NCBI GenBank assembly: GCA_964016885.1 | Contig: OZ024743.1 | Location: 103,354,001 to 103,418,000, forward strand | Direction of reading: 5' to 3' | DNA from: Eledone cirrhosa | Lineage: Eukaryota | Length of the DNA: 64,000 nucleotides | Part shown: positions 38,628-52,115 of the stretch, piece by piece | Numbering within the stretch: the stretch's first letter is position 1 | How the letters are laid out: every line of letters starts with the position of its first letter | The notes under the pieces: model-generated | What the model was told of the DNA's origin: nothing | Seen by the model: the letters and a program-made list of their open reading frames with translations, nothing else | The model's database searches: none | Made by a program: the position numbers and the translations under genes

Positions 38628-39578
38628 GATTCAGTGTTATACTTGTTGTAGCCGTTTACTTTCTGAGTTCAGGTGCCACTAAGATCAACTTCGTCTTTTA
38701 TTATTCCGCGTTCGATAAAATAAGTATCGATTATGTACAGGGTCGATATAATTGACTTTCCCGTTCCCCGAATTGCTATCCTTGTGTCAATGTTAGAAAT
38801 ATATAATAGTTTCTTATTTAAGTACAATGCTAACAATTTCTTTTTAATGTAGAGGATGGGAGTCGATTAAATCGTCCCTAACGCATTACTAGTACTTCAT
38901 TTTATCGACCCCGTAAGGATGAAAGATAAAGCTAACCTCGGCGTAGGTCATTGAAATGTCCGATACCGAATTGAATGTGCATAAGGAAATCGAACATTTC
39001 ATAGTTAATGACTCAATATTTCAGTATTCTCATCCCAACAGGAAGTCTACCTCACCAGTTACAATGGCAGCTTCCAGTAATGTATAAGTGAGTTGAGCAG
39101 AAAGTTAGTTTTTTATTTAGTTGTTTGTAGAGACGTTAGTTAACAGGAAGTTACCGGATTTCTCTGAAGGTTTGTTTGGTCGTTACATGCTATGACGTTT
39201 TTTTAATAGCCACAATAGATACTACTTACAACGTCGGTAACACATACAACAACAACAACGATGACGACACTGCCACCGGTTTCACTATCACCACCACCAA
39301 CACGAACAACACCAATACCAATACTAACAACTATGCCGACGACGACGGCTGTTAGTGACTTGGAAATATGAATTGCAAAATAAAAAAATAAAAATATGGT
39401 TTATGTAAGGAGATTTTAAAATTATCCGTGACAGTTTTTATATTCCTTCTGTCGTCTACATTGTGCTTTGATATAAGTTATGTCTCTCAATTGCCTGTTT
39501 CTGTAAACGTTGATTACTTTTGTTAGAAATGAGATATGCACTAAACTAGAAGGCATCGTGTGTTGATTTAGAATAATA

Positions 39579-40362
39579 CTAGCAGAATGGACCGGCGTTG
39601 CTCGGGTTTCTAAACATAGATTGGCATGTTTATCCCTCCTTTCTGAAACAGTTTCGTCGTATGTTCACCAATTGATGCAGAAGTCCTAACAAAAAGTCGC
39701 CTTGGGTGAATAGGCAAATAATTTTCCATTAAGATTTTTCAAAAGCATGTAATTGCGTTCCCTCTCTTTTTTGTTTTTGTTTTTGCTGCTGTTGGTGTGA
39801 TAGCAGCCGTTGGTCGTACTACTAACACAGTATCATCCTTCTTCAGCCAATTGTGTATATCCCCTTCTGCCTCGTCAGCAATGAGAACAATATTTGCTCT
39901 AGGGTTCTTATACATTTGATATATATTTATCCTTATCGAGCCTCGTGTAATAAATACGTTTATTTATATTTTGTTATTGTGTATGCAAAAATATCTGTAC
40001 ATGAATATATAATTATATATATGTATTAAAATAACAGATTAAAGTTTAAGCGAAGAATCGCTGCTTTCACCTTTAACGGGATCTTCTGAAACTAAAAAAA
40101 TCAATCTGTGAACGCAGAAATAAATATTTCGAAAAACGTTACACACTATATATATATACATATACACACACACACACAGATAGTGTCATAATGTCGTAAT
40201 GCAGACAGTCAGACATACAGACAAATATTATAAGGGCGTGACGTTATAGCTATCTAATGCGGTCCCTATGGCATGGAAAGTTTGAAAAAAATCGGTTGGG
40301 TGGTTCTCGAGTTTTAGGGAGTCAGACAGACAGACATTCATTCTCTGTTTTAGATATATAGA
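39579..40362 (-). mobile_element. Non-autonomous Helitron with (CTGT)n near its 5' end
   Basis: Minus strand starts TCTATATATC and ends CCCGAGCAACGCCGG...CTAG|T. Confidence 0.75.
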
Positions 40363-40520
40363 CTAGCACAATGGCCCGGCGTTGCTCGGGATTTGCTCTG
40401 GGGTTCTTATATATTTGATATATATTTATCCTTATCGAGCCTCGTGAAGTAAATACGTTTGTTTATATTTTGTTTTTGTGTATGCAAAAATATCTGTACA
40501 CGAATATAGATTACTAAAGC
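40363..40520 (-). mobile_element. 3' end of a second related Helitron joined head-to-tail
   Basis: CCCGAGCAACGCCGGG...CTAG directly followed by the TC of the neighbour; 40392-40507 repeats 39893-40008. Distal boundary not defined. Confidence 0.7.
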
Positions 40521-40841
40521 CTCGAAATTATTGATTACTTTCAGAATTCTATGTAAATACCAAATAAATAAAAATCGATTGAAAAGAGAGAGTGGAATGT
40601 AAAATAAGAAAATATAAATAAAAACGGAAAAGGAAGAGATTGGAAAGGGCTCTGGCGTCGCAGAAGAATGATTGGGGCTAAGAGTGATTGGGATCTGGCC
40701 TAGGGCGCGGCGGTAATGGAGCTGCACCCCGCGGACAAGACCGCAAAAGCATTCCCGTGAACAATGGCCAGCAGCACCCGCTGCAACAGCCACCCCACCC
40801 TAAACCAGATATTAGAAATAAAAGTCAAATCACTGTCAAAT

Positions 40842-41030
40842 CTTCTTCTTCTTCTTCTTCTTCTTCTAATTCAGAAGGCCGTGAGGACAGAGTCCTTAGA
40901 CACGTCTTCCTGAGGGTTCCATCAGATGCAATCTTTCAAAATGATTCAGGTAGAACCTCTTAAGTGCATGTTGTAGATAACCTTCTGGTGGTTTAAGTAA
41001 TACCGTGTCGTCTGCAAATTCCAACCGACT
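40842..41030 (-). mobile_element. Small LINE remnant with (GAA)n tail
   Basis: LEFADDT on the minus strand near 41005-41025; (TTC)n at 40842-40866. Confidence 0.5.
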
Positions 41031-41699
41031 GGTCTTACACCTGTCAGTCCTGATAGCACTCCCAATTTCCAATCAGGTTGCGCATGTCAATCATGTGTGA
41101 TAATTACAAGTACAGTCCATCAGTCGGGTTACCAAGAATTTTCCATGTACAAATTCCACATAAAAGGTATGCATCGACTCGATGCTATGGTAAATGAAAT
41201 TTTTCCAAGATGTTACGTAATTGGGTTGAATTCGGGAATTAATGATTGCGATATGACCTCATTAATCCTTTAGTCATGCTGTATTCAAGCATTACTGACA
41301 TTCCTTAACCTGTTATTTATTTTTATATTTACTATTCTGCAGCATTTGCACGTAGATGACTAATGTCATGGCTATTTGCTGTCGTCAATAAATGCAGTTA
41401 ACACGATCGATTGGTTAAGAACTAGCAACAACAGCAGCGACGAGTGGTGCGAATCATATTAGTCATGGAACATTTTCAACAAAGAAATGCAAACAAAGAA
41501 GCCAACATTTATATAAAACTTTCATTACAATATGATGAATAAAGGCCGCCTCTAAAAAAGGTCTAGTCTTCACCGGCCTGCGATAATTGACAACTTTGTG
41601 AATAATGCGAATAAAACCGCCAAAACATGCAGTATGACCTAATTCAATAAATGAAACCATACCGCATCATCCTTTGCGAAGGGTAACAAGGGACGAGTT

Positions 41700-44600
41700 C
41701 ATGCCTTACAAAATGAGTTTACGTCTTACAGTCTCCATCTAACGCTGAAAAGACTGACGATGGAAATGCGACCTGTCCTGGGAGGTGTAGTCTGGACGTA
41801 CAAAAGTTGCGTATCTCCAGACATCAAAGAGGTTCCAGAAATGAGCAGGGACTAATGGAGGAGGTCAAATGTTACGGGCTAAAGGTAGTCGGGGTTTCCT
41901 CAACAGAGTACCGTTGCTCTTGTATAGAATTGGATGGAGGATGGAACCTCCACCATTCAGGTTTGGTACCAGAAATAACTACACTCACAAATAGGGCTGC
42001 CGAAACTTTTTTTTCTCGATAGTACCAAAAGCGTACTAAATCCAATTACATCAATATGAAACCACATAAATTTAAAAAAACGAAAATGTTTTACATTTAC
42101 TTTATGTATTTTAATTGAAAAGAAATGGCTTCTTCCACACTTTTCTTTTATTAGTTTCTTTCTTGCAGTTTGAGACAAAGATGCTGTTGTGGATGCTACT
42201 TAGTGCAGTCTACATTCTGCAGTAGAGACTTTGATCTTAGCAGGGCATTTATTATTGATGTTTTAAAAGCAGTGTGATTCTTTTTCTATGTTGAGGAGGG
42301 GAAAACTTTTTATAAGGCTGCTGAAGAATGTGGCGATGAAAGAAGTTGTATTAGATAGTAACCGGTCGTGAAATAGGACACCACATTCTTCTCGAGAAAG
42401 AAGAAGACAGTATTTCTCAGGCTCTTTGTTTACATTAGAATATGCATCTTGCAGAGTAAATTCCCTCCATTCTCTATCTATTTGTTCATATTGGTCTTTA
42501 TGCACAAGGTTTGAAAATTTATTTCTAATGGCATGGTCAATTTTGGTTTAACTTCAATAACATTGGTCAGGTTTAAAGTAGCTCTAAATTTATAAACATT
42601 TCACATGATCAAAAGTGTTGCATCATTTGTTTCGAAAGACACTCATAGAAACATAATAATTTTACTCGAAATTCTTGTAATCTTTTTCAGGGAAAGTGTG
42701 TGTGTGTGTATGGGGGTGGCATAGTTTTCTGCAGTGACACCATAACAGATGTCTTCTATTTTAAGTGATATAGAAGTATCATTCATATTTTACTTTACTG
42801 GATCGTTCAGTTTCAATAACTCTTTTGATGAAGTTACTGAGAATAGCTTTCATTCTGGTGTTAATGGACTTTCATAATTTATGAATTCTATACATGCCTG
42901 CTTGGAACACCAAATTGAGCTTATCAATATCCAGTAAAGTATAAACAAGGAAAACAAAAGGTATTTTTGTCATGGGCTCTGTAATTACCTTAATATTTTG
43001 GAAGTCATCATGGGGGATACCATCTTTCAATGCTGCCATTGTGAAATATGCTGACCAATGCTCCTAAATTATTTGATAATTTGTTTCAAAGGCAATAATG
43101 AGTAACTAATATGAAAAATGTTGTGAGGACTGATATCTGTAATTGTTTGAAATTCCTCATATTTAACTAGGCGCTTTGAACTGTTACTTAGGTACGAAAA
43201 CAAATTTCTTGATAATTCTTGCAAATAACATATTTCATTGCAAACTTTAGAAGTACACAGGTGTAAGGAATGGCAAACACAAGGCTGTATTAATATATCA
43301 GGATTTTTCTGCTTCAGCATATGTTGAACTCCTGCTTTGCTGCCCACCATAACCATGGCATTATCACTGGTAAATCCAATTTAATGTTCAAAAGAAATAT
43401 TACTTTCAATGAAAATTGATTGTAGACAATTGTAAACTCCTCCACAGTCTTTTGAATTTCAGAGTTGTAATATCTCACTACTAGAACAAGCTGCTTGTTG
43501 GTAGAAATGTCCATTGTTTCATATACAATTAGGGAGAACTTTGCTGAATTTAGTTTAGACAATAAATTATTGAAAGCATGGGGACCGATCACATTTGAAA
43601 AAATGCAAGTTCCTTTAGTACTTGCGCAATTGATGTCTTTGGTAATTTTTGAATCAGAGCATACGTTAGCAATAAGTCCAGGCAAATGATCCAAAATAGC
43701 AATGGGTAGGTTGTGCGCAACAATAAATCTGCACAACTAATGTTATTTTCGTTAAGTTAGCAAAACATTATGAAATCTGTCACCTTCACTGTTTTTTTCG
43801 GTACTTTCACATTTGTTTGGGGGGTTTTTCTGTCTGTTTATGCTAGTCTCTTTAACTTACTCTACCAGCTATCTCACAAGTGCACAATTTACATTGCGTT
43901 CTTTTTACTCAATTTCAACCACGTTGAAAATTTCTCATCATTTAATAATTTTGACGGGAATTTTCTTTCATAGATAGTGGAATTCAATTTTATCTTATGA
44001 GGAGTGTAATTTTTGTCTCTATCAGTAAGATGTTCTATAATCTTTTTTTCCCACTCATCATGGATTAAAATGTTCTAAAAAGATCAAAACAGTTCAGATA
44101 TTGAAAGAAGACACCATCAAAGCACACTGCACACTGTGACACAACTACTTAACTGAACTGATATGGTTGTCAACCAAGAATTGTTCTTAATCTATATATA
44201 TTTAGATGTCCTTGCGTATTGCCAGAAGAAGGTATTTAAGTAAAACGTCCACTGATAGATTGTGAGCGAATATTATGGGCTACTAGGATAATATAGCAGA
44301 TGGTTGGCTGCCGATTTGAAATAATACGCAGAAGTGTTATTGACTTCAGGTGAGATCTGACAGGCAAATGCATTTAATGGATAACTTCTCGACGTAAAAG
44401 TCATGATAGCTGGTGAATGGTAAATCATTAAATGGTGATTTTCGAATATCAATTAAGCCAAATTCGCAAAGCAAATACAATCTCTAAAATGTAGCAAAAA
44501 GTCTGGCCGTCAAATCAAAGGCAAATAGTACCAAATTTGTACGAACGTACCAACTTCGGCAGCGCTGCTCACAAGATCCCGACCTTTGAAATGTGCTATA

Positions 44601-45740
44601 GAATGGACCCCATTGGGAAAGAATATTTGCCTCTGGAAGCTTAGGCTGAGAGAAATGTCTCTGTTGATTGTGCAAGTTTATGCACCAAACACTGTCTGAA
44701 TACAGATCCTTCCTTGATGAAGCCACTATAGCATTAGCTATGGTTAAGACTAAGTCATATATCCTAATGGGAAACTTCACTGTAGATATTGGCGCTGATT
44801 ACTTGACATGGGAAGGAGTGATTGGATTGACCGCCGATCCCATTCTAAATGCGAGCGGAGAGGCCTTATTGAATTTCTGTTCTAGTAAGGGCTCTCTATG
44901 AATACCTTCTTTCAGTACAAAGATATCCATAAATATATATGGTACAAGGGAAATCGGAAACAAGTCAATAACTGATATTTTAAATTGTTTCTGATCTCTC
45001 CGTTACTGTTATATTCGTTTTAAGAGAGGGGCTTTGCTATCAACAGATTACCTTCTAATGATCTGCAATATGATACTGACGTCAAGAAAACTCACAAAAC
45101 TGGCAGGTCCAGCTCGAGCTCGAGGAAAAGTGGGAAACGTGGGCTAATGAGGTGATCAAAACCAGGTATGCAAATATTGTTGTATCCAAATTCAGAGAAC
45201 CCTCTGATCAAAATGATGGCATTGGAATGGAGTGGAAACTATTTCACTCTGTGTAGTATCTGATTCAGCTATTAAATGCTGCTCGGTGTGAAAGTGAGTG
45301 GCGAGAAGACAACCTGGTTCATTCAGGAATTTCATGATGCCATCCGACGAAAGAGGATTACAACTTTTTATTTGTAAATATGACTTTCTTTTTATATTCG
45401 TGATACAATCTGTCATAAAATGGCGCAACAGAGACAGTAAAGTTAAGGTATGCTAGGAGTTTCGGTATAAGCTGGAATCCGACTTTAGATCAGCAAATAA
45501 ATTATTCTAGTAGATCATCCAGCTACTTCGTAATAAAAAGTCCTCATACACAAACAAACGCGCGCTATCAAGAACTCGTCAGTGGTTCTTTTCTGTGAAG
45601 AGAGGGGCATCCTTTCAAGGTGTAGAGAATATTTTGCTGACCTCCTAAATTCTGTCACATCTTCTGATGTACATGAGGTGCAAAGACTGGAAAGGCACCA
45701 ATACAATGACAATCGGGAGTGATACTCCCAATTTTCAAAA
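41700..45740 (+). mobile_element. Highly degenerate RTE-type LINE (endonuclease region) split by a hAT transposon
   Basis: LKVVGVSST...ELDGGWNLHHSG before and VQVYAPN, ILMGNF, GEALLNFC, MNTFFQYK after the insertion. Confidence 0.7.
41992..44567 (-). mobile_element. hAT DNA transposon, decayed transposase
   Basis: TIRs TAGGGCTGCCGAA / TTCGGCAGCGCTG (11 of 13 match); TSD CTCACAAA / CTCACAAG; FSLIVYETMDIS..KQLVLVVRY, CVCHSLHLC. Confidence 0.9.
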
Positions 45741-48700
45741 GGGAAGAAAAGAGAGATTGCTCTATTGATATGTATGTATCGTTCTGTGCCTCCTGTTGGA
45801 GATTTAGGGGCCCTGTACTGATATAAAGGGTGTCTTGGGAATTTAAAGCCTTGCAGAGACCATTCCCTCTCCAAACGCAGTCGATTTATTCCAGTGACGG
45901 AGAGAGATATATGTAAAGGAAGAATCAATCCCAGTACTGGATTGATACATCTTTTATCGTCCTCGAAAGTATGAAAGGCAAAGTTGACCTTGGTGGGATT
46001 TGATCTCAAAGCGCAGAGAGCCGGAACGAATAATGCAAAGCCTGCTATCCGACGTTCTAACAGTTCTGCTAATCCTTCGCCTATAATAATAATATAGTCT
46101 ACAATAAAAGGGATGGAGGAATGCTAATATATTTATACATGTCGATTATTTAACTGTACAAAAAACAAATCGAAGCAAGACCACTAAACATATTGTATCT
46201 AACATAGTAATAAGGCCAAGACATCTCGGGGAAAGGGCAAAAAATTGATTAAATCAGACCTACTACTTGACAGGTATCTTATTTTATCGATCCTTGAAGT
46301 AATGAACGGAAAGTTGAATCCGGCAAGATATTAACTCAGAATGTTAAGAGCCAGAACAAATACCACAGTGGCATTTTATCCGAAGTTCTACAATTTCTGC
46401 CAATCCGACACACTTAGGATCTGGTTAGGATACTGGTCATGCCTACCGTTCTGAGTACGAAATCACAATATATTACTAGAATATGGATTTTTATTGGGAA
46501 TGTAGAGGAAAGAGGGTGCAACCTCCGACAGGAAGATAGTTATCAGTAATAACTAAATTAAAGTTGACCTCTGTGTGATTTAAAGTCAGAATGTAAATAA
46601 CCAGATTAAATACCACAGTGGCATTTTCTCTGACGCTCTACAAATTCTGCCAATCCACTACCATCACACAACTGAATATATTCTTACATAAAGTATTTGC
46701 CAAAGAAGAAAATGATTCTCCAGCTGTCTCTGGTGTTTCTTATCCATATAAGATTGTAGATGAACCCGAAAATATCAACACCTGTTAACGTCTTTTTACC
46801 ACACTAGTAAGACTTGAAAAGTAAGAAGCATCACTATGACTAAGTGATTACATTAGTTTCATGCAAATTTTTACATATTTTAATAACAAATCATATTTTA
46901 GATATTTTCTGCTAAATCATGAGATGATATTAAGAGATAACATTGTAAATGTTCATAACGATCTCTCTGCTATTAAATATATTGCAAACATTTGAATTAA
47001 CAAAACCATGTTTTAGATATTTTCTGCTAAATCATTACAGGTTATTTAGAGATAAGAAAACACTTTATCATTTTAACCTCAAGAACAAAAAGGTATTAAC
47101 TTAGACGATTAAAAGCAAATACTATATAAGACTCTGAAAATATGACTTTGGGGGGATTTGAATATAAAAACATGGAGCAAATGTCACAAAAGATTTTCTT
47201 CTGCGTTCTACAGATCCTGCCAATCCACTGCTCACATGATAAGTAATAATTCTCTCTAAATGCCAGTAAGTTTAAGGGTGCGGAAAGTTTCTTATATCGG
47301 CCCCAGTACATAACTGGTAGTTTATTTCATCGACCTCGGAATGATAACTGGCAAACTTGACCTCGGTGGGATTTGAACTCAAAACGTAGAGTGTCGTAAC
47401 TAAATACAGCACATAATTTTGTCTGATGCTCTAATGACTCTACTTAAGAAATACACTTATGATAGCTAACAATAAAATAATGTAGAGGATCATATAATTC
47501 AAACAGTTTTTATCAATATTCAAGTCATTTCATGTCACTTAGGTATTGATTTGACAAAGTCGTTAAAACGTCAGTATTCATTCTAGCTTTCTGTACTCAC
47601 TGAGTTCAAGTATCCCCGTCATTATATTTGCCTTTCATCCCTACGAAATTAATGAAAATATTACAAATCCATAAACAAATGGAACACTCATCGCCGAAAC
47701 AGGGGGAAGTCCATTCCATTCAAGATTTTGATAGCTTTTCGTATTACCTTTAACTTGGTAGAATATGGTTTTCAGAGAAGGTCTGCTGCTTGCATCAGTT
47801 GACTTTACAATCCAAATCCACTGCAATCTCAAAGGTCGCTGTGATGCAAAAATTCTGATCTTATTGGAATTTATGTTTTTTAGTCATTAAACAATCCAGC
47901 GAAGATATTTTGTCAACTAATTGGTTGAATAATTTCACTATAATTTTTTATATTATTTAGTTTTTATATTATTTATATTATTTAGTCAAATTGACAGATT
48001 TGTTAGACTCTCGGATAGAATGTTTTGCGGAATTCATTCTGACTCTCTGTGAGTTCCGTGTTCAAATCACGCCGAGGTCATCGTTGCCTTTTGTCCTTTC
48101 GAGATCGATAAAAAATTCTACCAGTTTAGAAGTGGGGTCGATTCTTCCTCTATATCTCTTACTCACTTCTCTATCTTCCTCTCCCCCCCCCCCCCCCAGA
48201 CACACACACTATATCTCTCTGGAAGAAATCGACGAGTCTTCCAAGCTGTAGAGGAAATGGGTTCCGTCAGGTTTAAAATTCCAAATAAACTCCGTATATC
48301 ACGACGGTGCCCCTACAGCTTCACCAAGAGTTCGGCTAAAGGGATGAAAGAATATTATATATTTCAAAACTATCGCTTTTGTATTTAATACTCAGAACAC
48401 GATTCTGAGATATTTTCCCCTCAACCATATTGTTAGTAATACAATAACTTGTCTCTAGATGTAAGATACCAGTTAGGACATTCTCTGATAATTGCATATA
48501 TTTATTTGTAATTTGGGGTTTGTTTTTGTAATCGAGTTACGTTTGCTCAGATTTAAGTTGAAGATAAACATTGTAATACAGAACTAATTTAAAATGCTCT
48601 TCACTAAAAAATATAATAGCAGAAATCTGACCTCACTGTTCATTTTCAATTTCCACATTATGTGTTGATTGCTATTTTCTTTCACTTGTACCCACACCTA

Positions 48701-48863
48701 TATATATATATATATATACATGTGTTTGTGTGTGTTGGTATGAGTGTGAGTGCATATTACTCTGTTACCCTATTACATATTCCAGCCTGTCGTCTGTGGT
48801 CATGCTGGAGCACCGCATATGAATATCTATCTCTCTATCTCTGTTTCTCTCTCTCTCTCTCTC

Positions 48864-48919
<56 letters not shown>

Positions 48920-49112
48920 AAGTGTAAGTCAACAGGATAAACTAAGTTCGTTCTCACACATATTCGCTGTTATATATATTTCGGTGATAACCATTATTCA
49001 ACAGATATGACCCTATCAGGCAGTTAGAACTTGAACACATACTAAAAGTTATATATATATTGTATGTGTGTATGTGTGTGTGGGTGTGTGTGTGTGGGGG
49101 GGGGGTGTGGGG

Positions 49113-49178
<66 letters not shown>

Positions 49179-49329
49179 TTATGTAGCAAAATGATAAGAA
49201 CACGCAAGAGACTCGGACAAACAGAAGACATTGCTCATTTCTTCACCCACCGTATATATATATATATATGTGTGTGTATATATATATATATATATGTATA
49301 TGTGTGTGTGTGTGTATATATATATATGT

Positions 49330-51410
49330 ATATATATACACAGAAATATCCACGGTTAGTTGTGGGGTCTAGTCTGCATGAAGAACTCAATGTAATCCAT
49401 ATGTTGAAAACCTTATAGGTTAAAATAAATCCCGGAAAACAATAAAACATCAAAAGGAAAACAGAGTCATGTTATAAGTTAAAACAATGAAATAAAAATT
49501 CAAGTCATTAGAAATATACTTCACTGCTTTACGATCGTTTCTAGGTGATAATAATACACCGTACTCATATTTCGTTATCGATCTATGTAGGGTTAGTTAC
49601 AAAATATCAGATAAGGAATATAGTTACTTACATGTATATCATCAGCGGTTGTCAAAAGCAATGAGAATGTTATTCAAAATCAGTAGTAAATTGAGTTCTA
49701 TGACCTTATTTGAAGGTAGCTGAAGAACAACCCAATCAAATTGTTTTTTTCCCATATGATGTTAAGATGAAAAATAACTCACTTTAGTTGAGGTCATGAC
49801 CCTTTGAAAGGAATGGTTGAATGGTGTTAAAAATAGAATTACTATAAAGAACCTGTGAGGAAAAAGGGATTGTTATATTGATAGTTGAATGTAGATGGTG
49901 GAGTGAAGTTTAAAAAGGAATGTAAAAATTAAATGTTGAGTTGTGTTGTATGGAATTTTTAGGTGAATATAAATAAGTAAATATAAAATATACAGAGATA
50001 GCTATGATAAATATAGATAGGTAAAGTAATGGTCATAACTAGGAAGGATAGTATATTAAAAGATGAAAATTATAATTAGATAATGAAATATAATAATATA
50101 ATAATATAATATAATGTAATATAATATAGTACGGTATGGTACATTGTATATAGTATAATAAAGCGTATGATACATCATAAAATATAAAATAGTAAATATT
50201 TTCAAGTGTGTCTATGTATAAGTAATCAATCCCAGATAAATGCATGTTGACATATAGTCAAAGCGCATAATTTTTATAGATCACAAAAGTACACATATAT
50301 GTAGATACACATATACACACACATACACATATACATACACATGTACATACACATATATATATATATTCTCATATCATACATACATAGATACATGTATACC
50401 CATGCAATTACAGGTGGTTATGTACCTTGTTGCCATTTGTCAGTAACGCATGAATCTATGGAAGCTAACAAATTAAAAGGTTAAAAAATTAAAAAATAAG
50501 CAGGAAGGCGTATAATTAGGGGAAGGGGATACTATCAAATGGTACGTTATATAGAATTATAGTGAGTTGCTATTTAGAATATTTAATTAGGTTTATAGTA
50601 TTTAAATGTTTTTCGTATACGGTGATTACAAGCTATAATCAGTTCCTGTCTTTTATTCAGTAAATCGTCCTTAGATTTAGTCATTTCCAAGATCTCCCCT
50701 GAACATAATCTGCATTCTCTCCTGTTTCCAATATATGGAGTTCTTTGCAGAATGGTATTCCACGATAACTTGACATCTGTTTTTTTCTTTTTATAGTTAT
50801 TTACTGCTTCAGCTAAAAATGTAGTGTTAGCTAGTTTAGTATTGTTAAAGCTACTAGAGTGTGCGTAATATCTTTTCTTAAATGTATTCGATGTAGATCC
50901 TATATATGATTTGTTGGAGTCAGTAGTAGACACAGTGCATTTATATATTACATTATTAATCAAACAGTTGCCATTGAAGGGGCAAACGCTTCTATTTCTG
51001 CAATTACAGCCATACGTAAGATGGTTGTTGGGAGTACCTACATAATTCTCATTAATCATTGAGCTATTCTTATTGCAATTAATGTTAGAGAGAGAATGAA
51101 AGCTGCTTTGTGGGTGATTTAGTGCTGGGGTTGTATTGTGATTTTGTGTTATGTTGTTTTTGTTTTGGTGATTTGGGTGGTTGTGTTTTGCAGGTTGAAG
51201 GATTGTATTATTTGTCCTTTTAAAAGGTGCAGTCTTATTTAAATTATGTTGTGGTGGTGTGGTCATATTATTTTTAAATTTATAAATGTTGTAGTTGCTT
51301 ATTTTTTGCTGGAGATTGTTTGATGTAGAGTATGAGAATTTAACAGTATACCTGTTAAATATTTGGTGGTATCTGTGGTTTGGTGGAAAATGTTTATGCA
51401 GAAAACATAT
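49330..51410 (-). mobile_element. 5'-truncated PLE (GIY-YIG region 50583-51410 plus 3'UTR)
   Basis: KHFPPNHRYHQIFNRYTVKFSYS, GCNCR...CPFNGNCL..NVIYKC...YIGSTSNTFKKRY; the 3' boundary is approximate. Confidence 0.8.
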
Positions 51411-51463
51411 AGAAAATATATATATTATATATATATAGAAAAAAATATAGAAAATATATAAAT

Positions 51464-51520
<57 letters not shown>

Positions 51521-51543
51521 TATATATATACATATACACACAC

Positions 51544-51618
51544 AATTTGGGGAGAAAAACACAATTATTAGGGGGGGGGCATGAAACCCTGGCCTCCCCA
51601 GTTCCACCACCCCTGATG

Positions 51619-51661
<43 letters not shown>

Positions 51662-51757
51662 TTATATATACATATATATATCAGGGGTGGTGGAACTGGG
51701 GAGGCCAGGGACACATGCCCCCCCCCCCCCTAATAATTGTATTTTTCTCCCCAAATT
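51544..51757. repeat. Inverted repeat, about 75-bp arms around a TA-rich spacer
   Basis: 51544-51617 is the reverse complement of 51680-51757 (CAGGGGTGGTGGAACTGGGGAGGCCAGGG...). Confidence 0.9.
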
Positions 51758-52115
51758 ACCAAAACACACATCTATTTGTATATGTTCTACAATTTATGTA
51801 CATGTTATGTAGAGACAGATGGGGGGAATAGATGTAGATATAGAGAGGGGGAGAGTTTGGTGGTAATTGATATAAATTTCTATTTATTTGCCACCAGGGC
51901 ATCAAAGATTGGGACAAATACAAAGGGGGGAGTTTACAAACAATTAAAAAGACGTGTAAAAAACATATAACAAATTAAATTTAACAATCGATGTCCTCAA
52001 TAGGGAGGGGCGTTGACATGGGTCGCACACACCACCGAAAAAATGTGCAACCCTCCTCTTCAGGAGCACAAAGAGCGGGTGCTTCCTTACTCTTCTCATT
52101 CTTCTCCTCTCTCAC

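Noticed and set aside
40645-40800. Short GC-rich island
   Set aside because: No recognisable RNA gene, repeat partner or protein motif.
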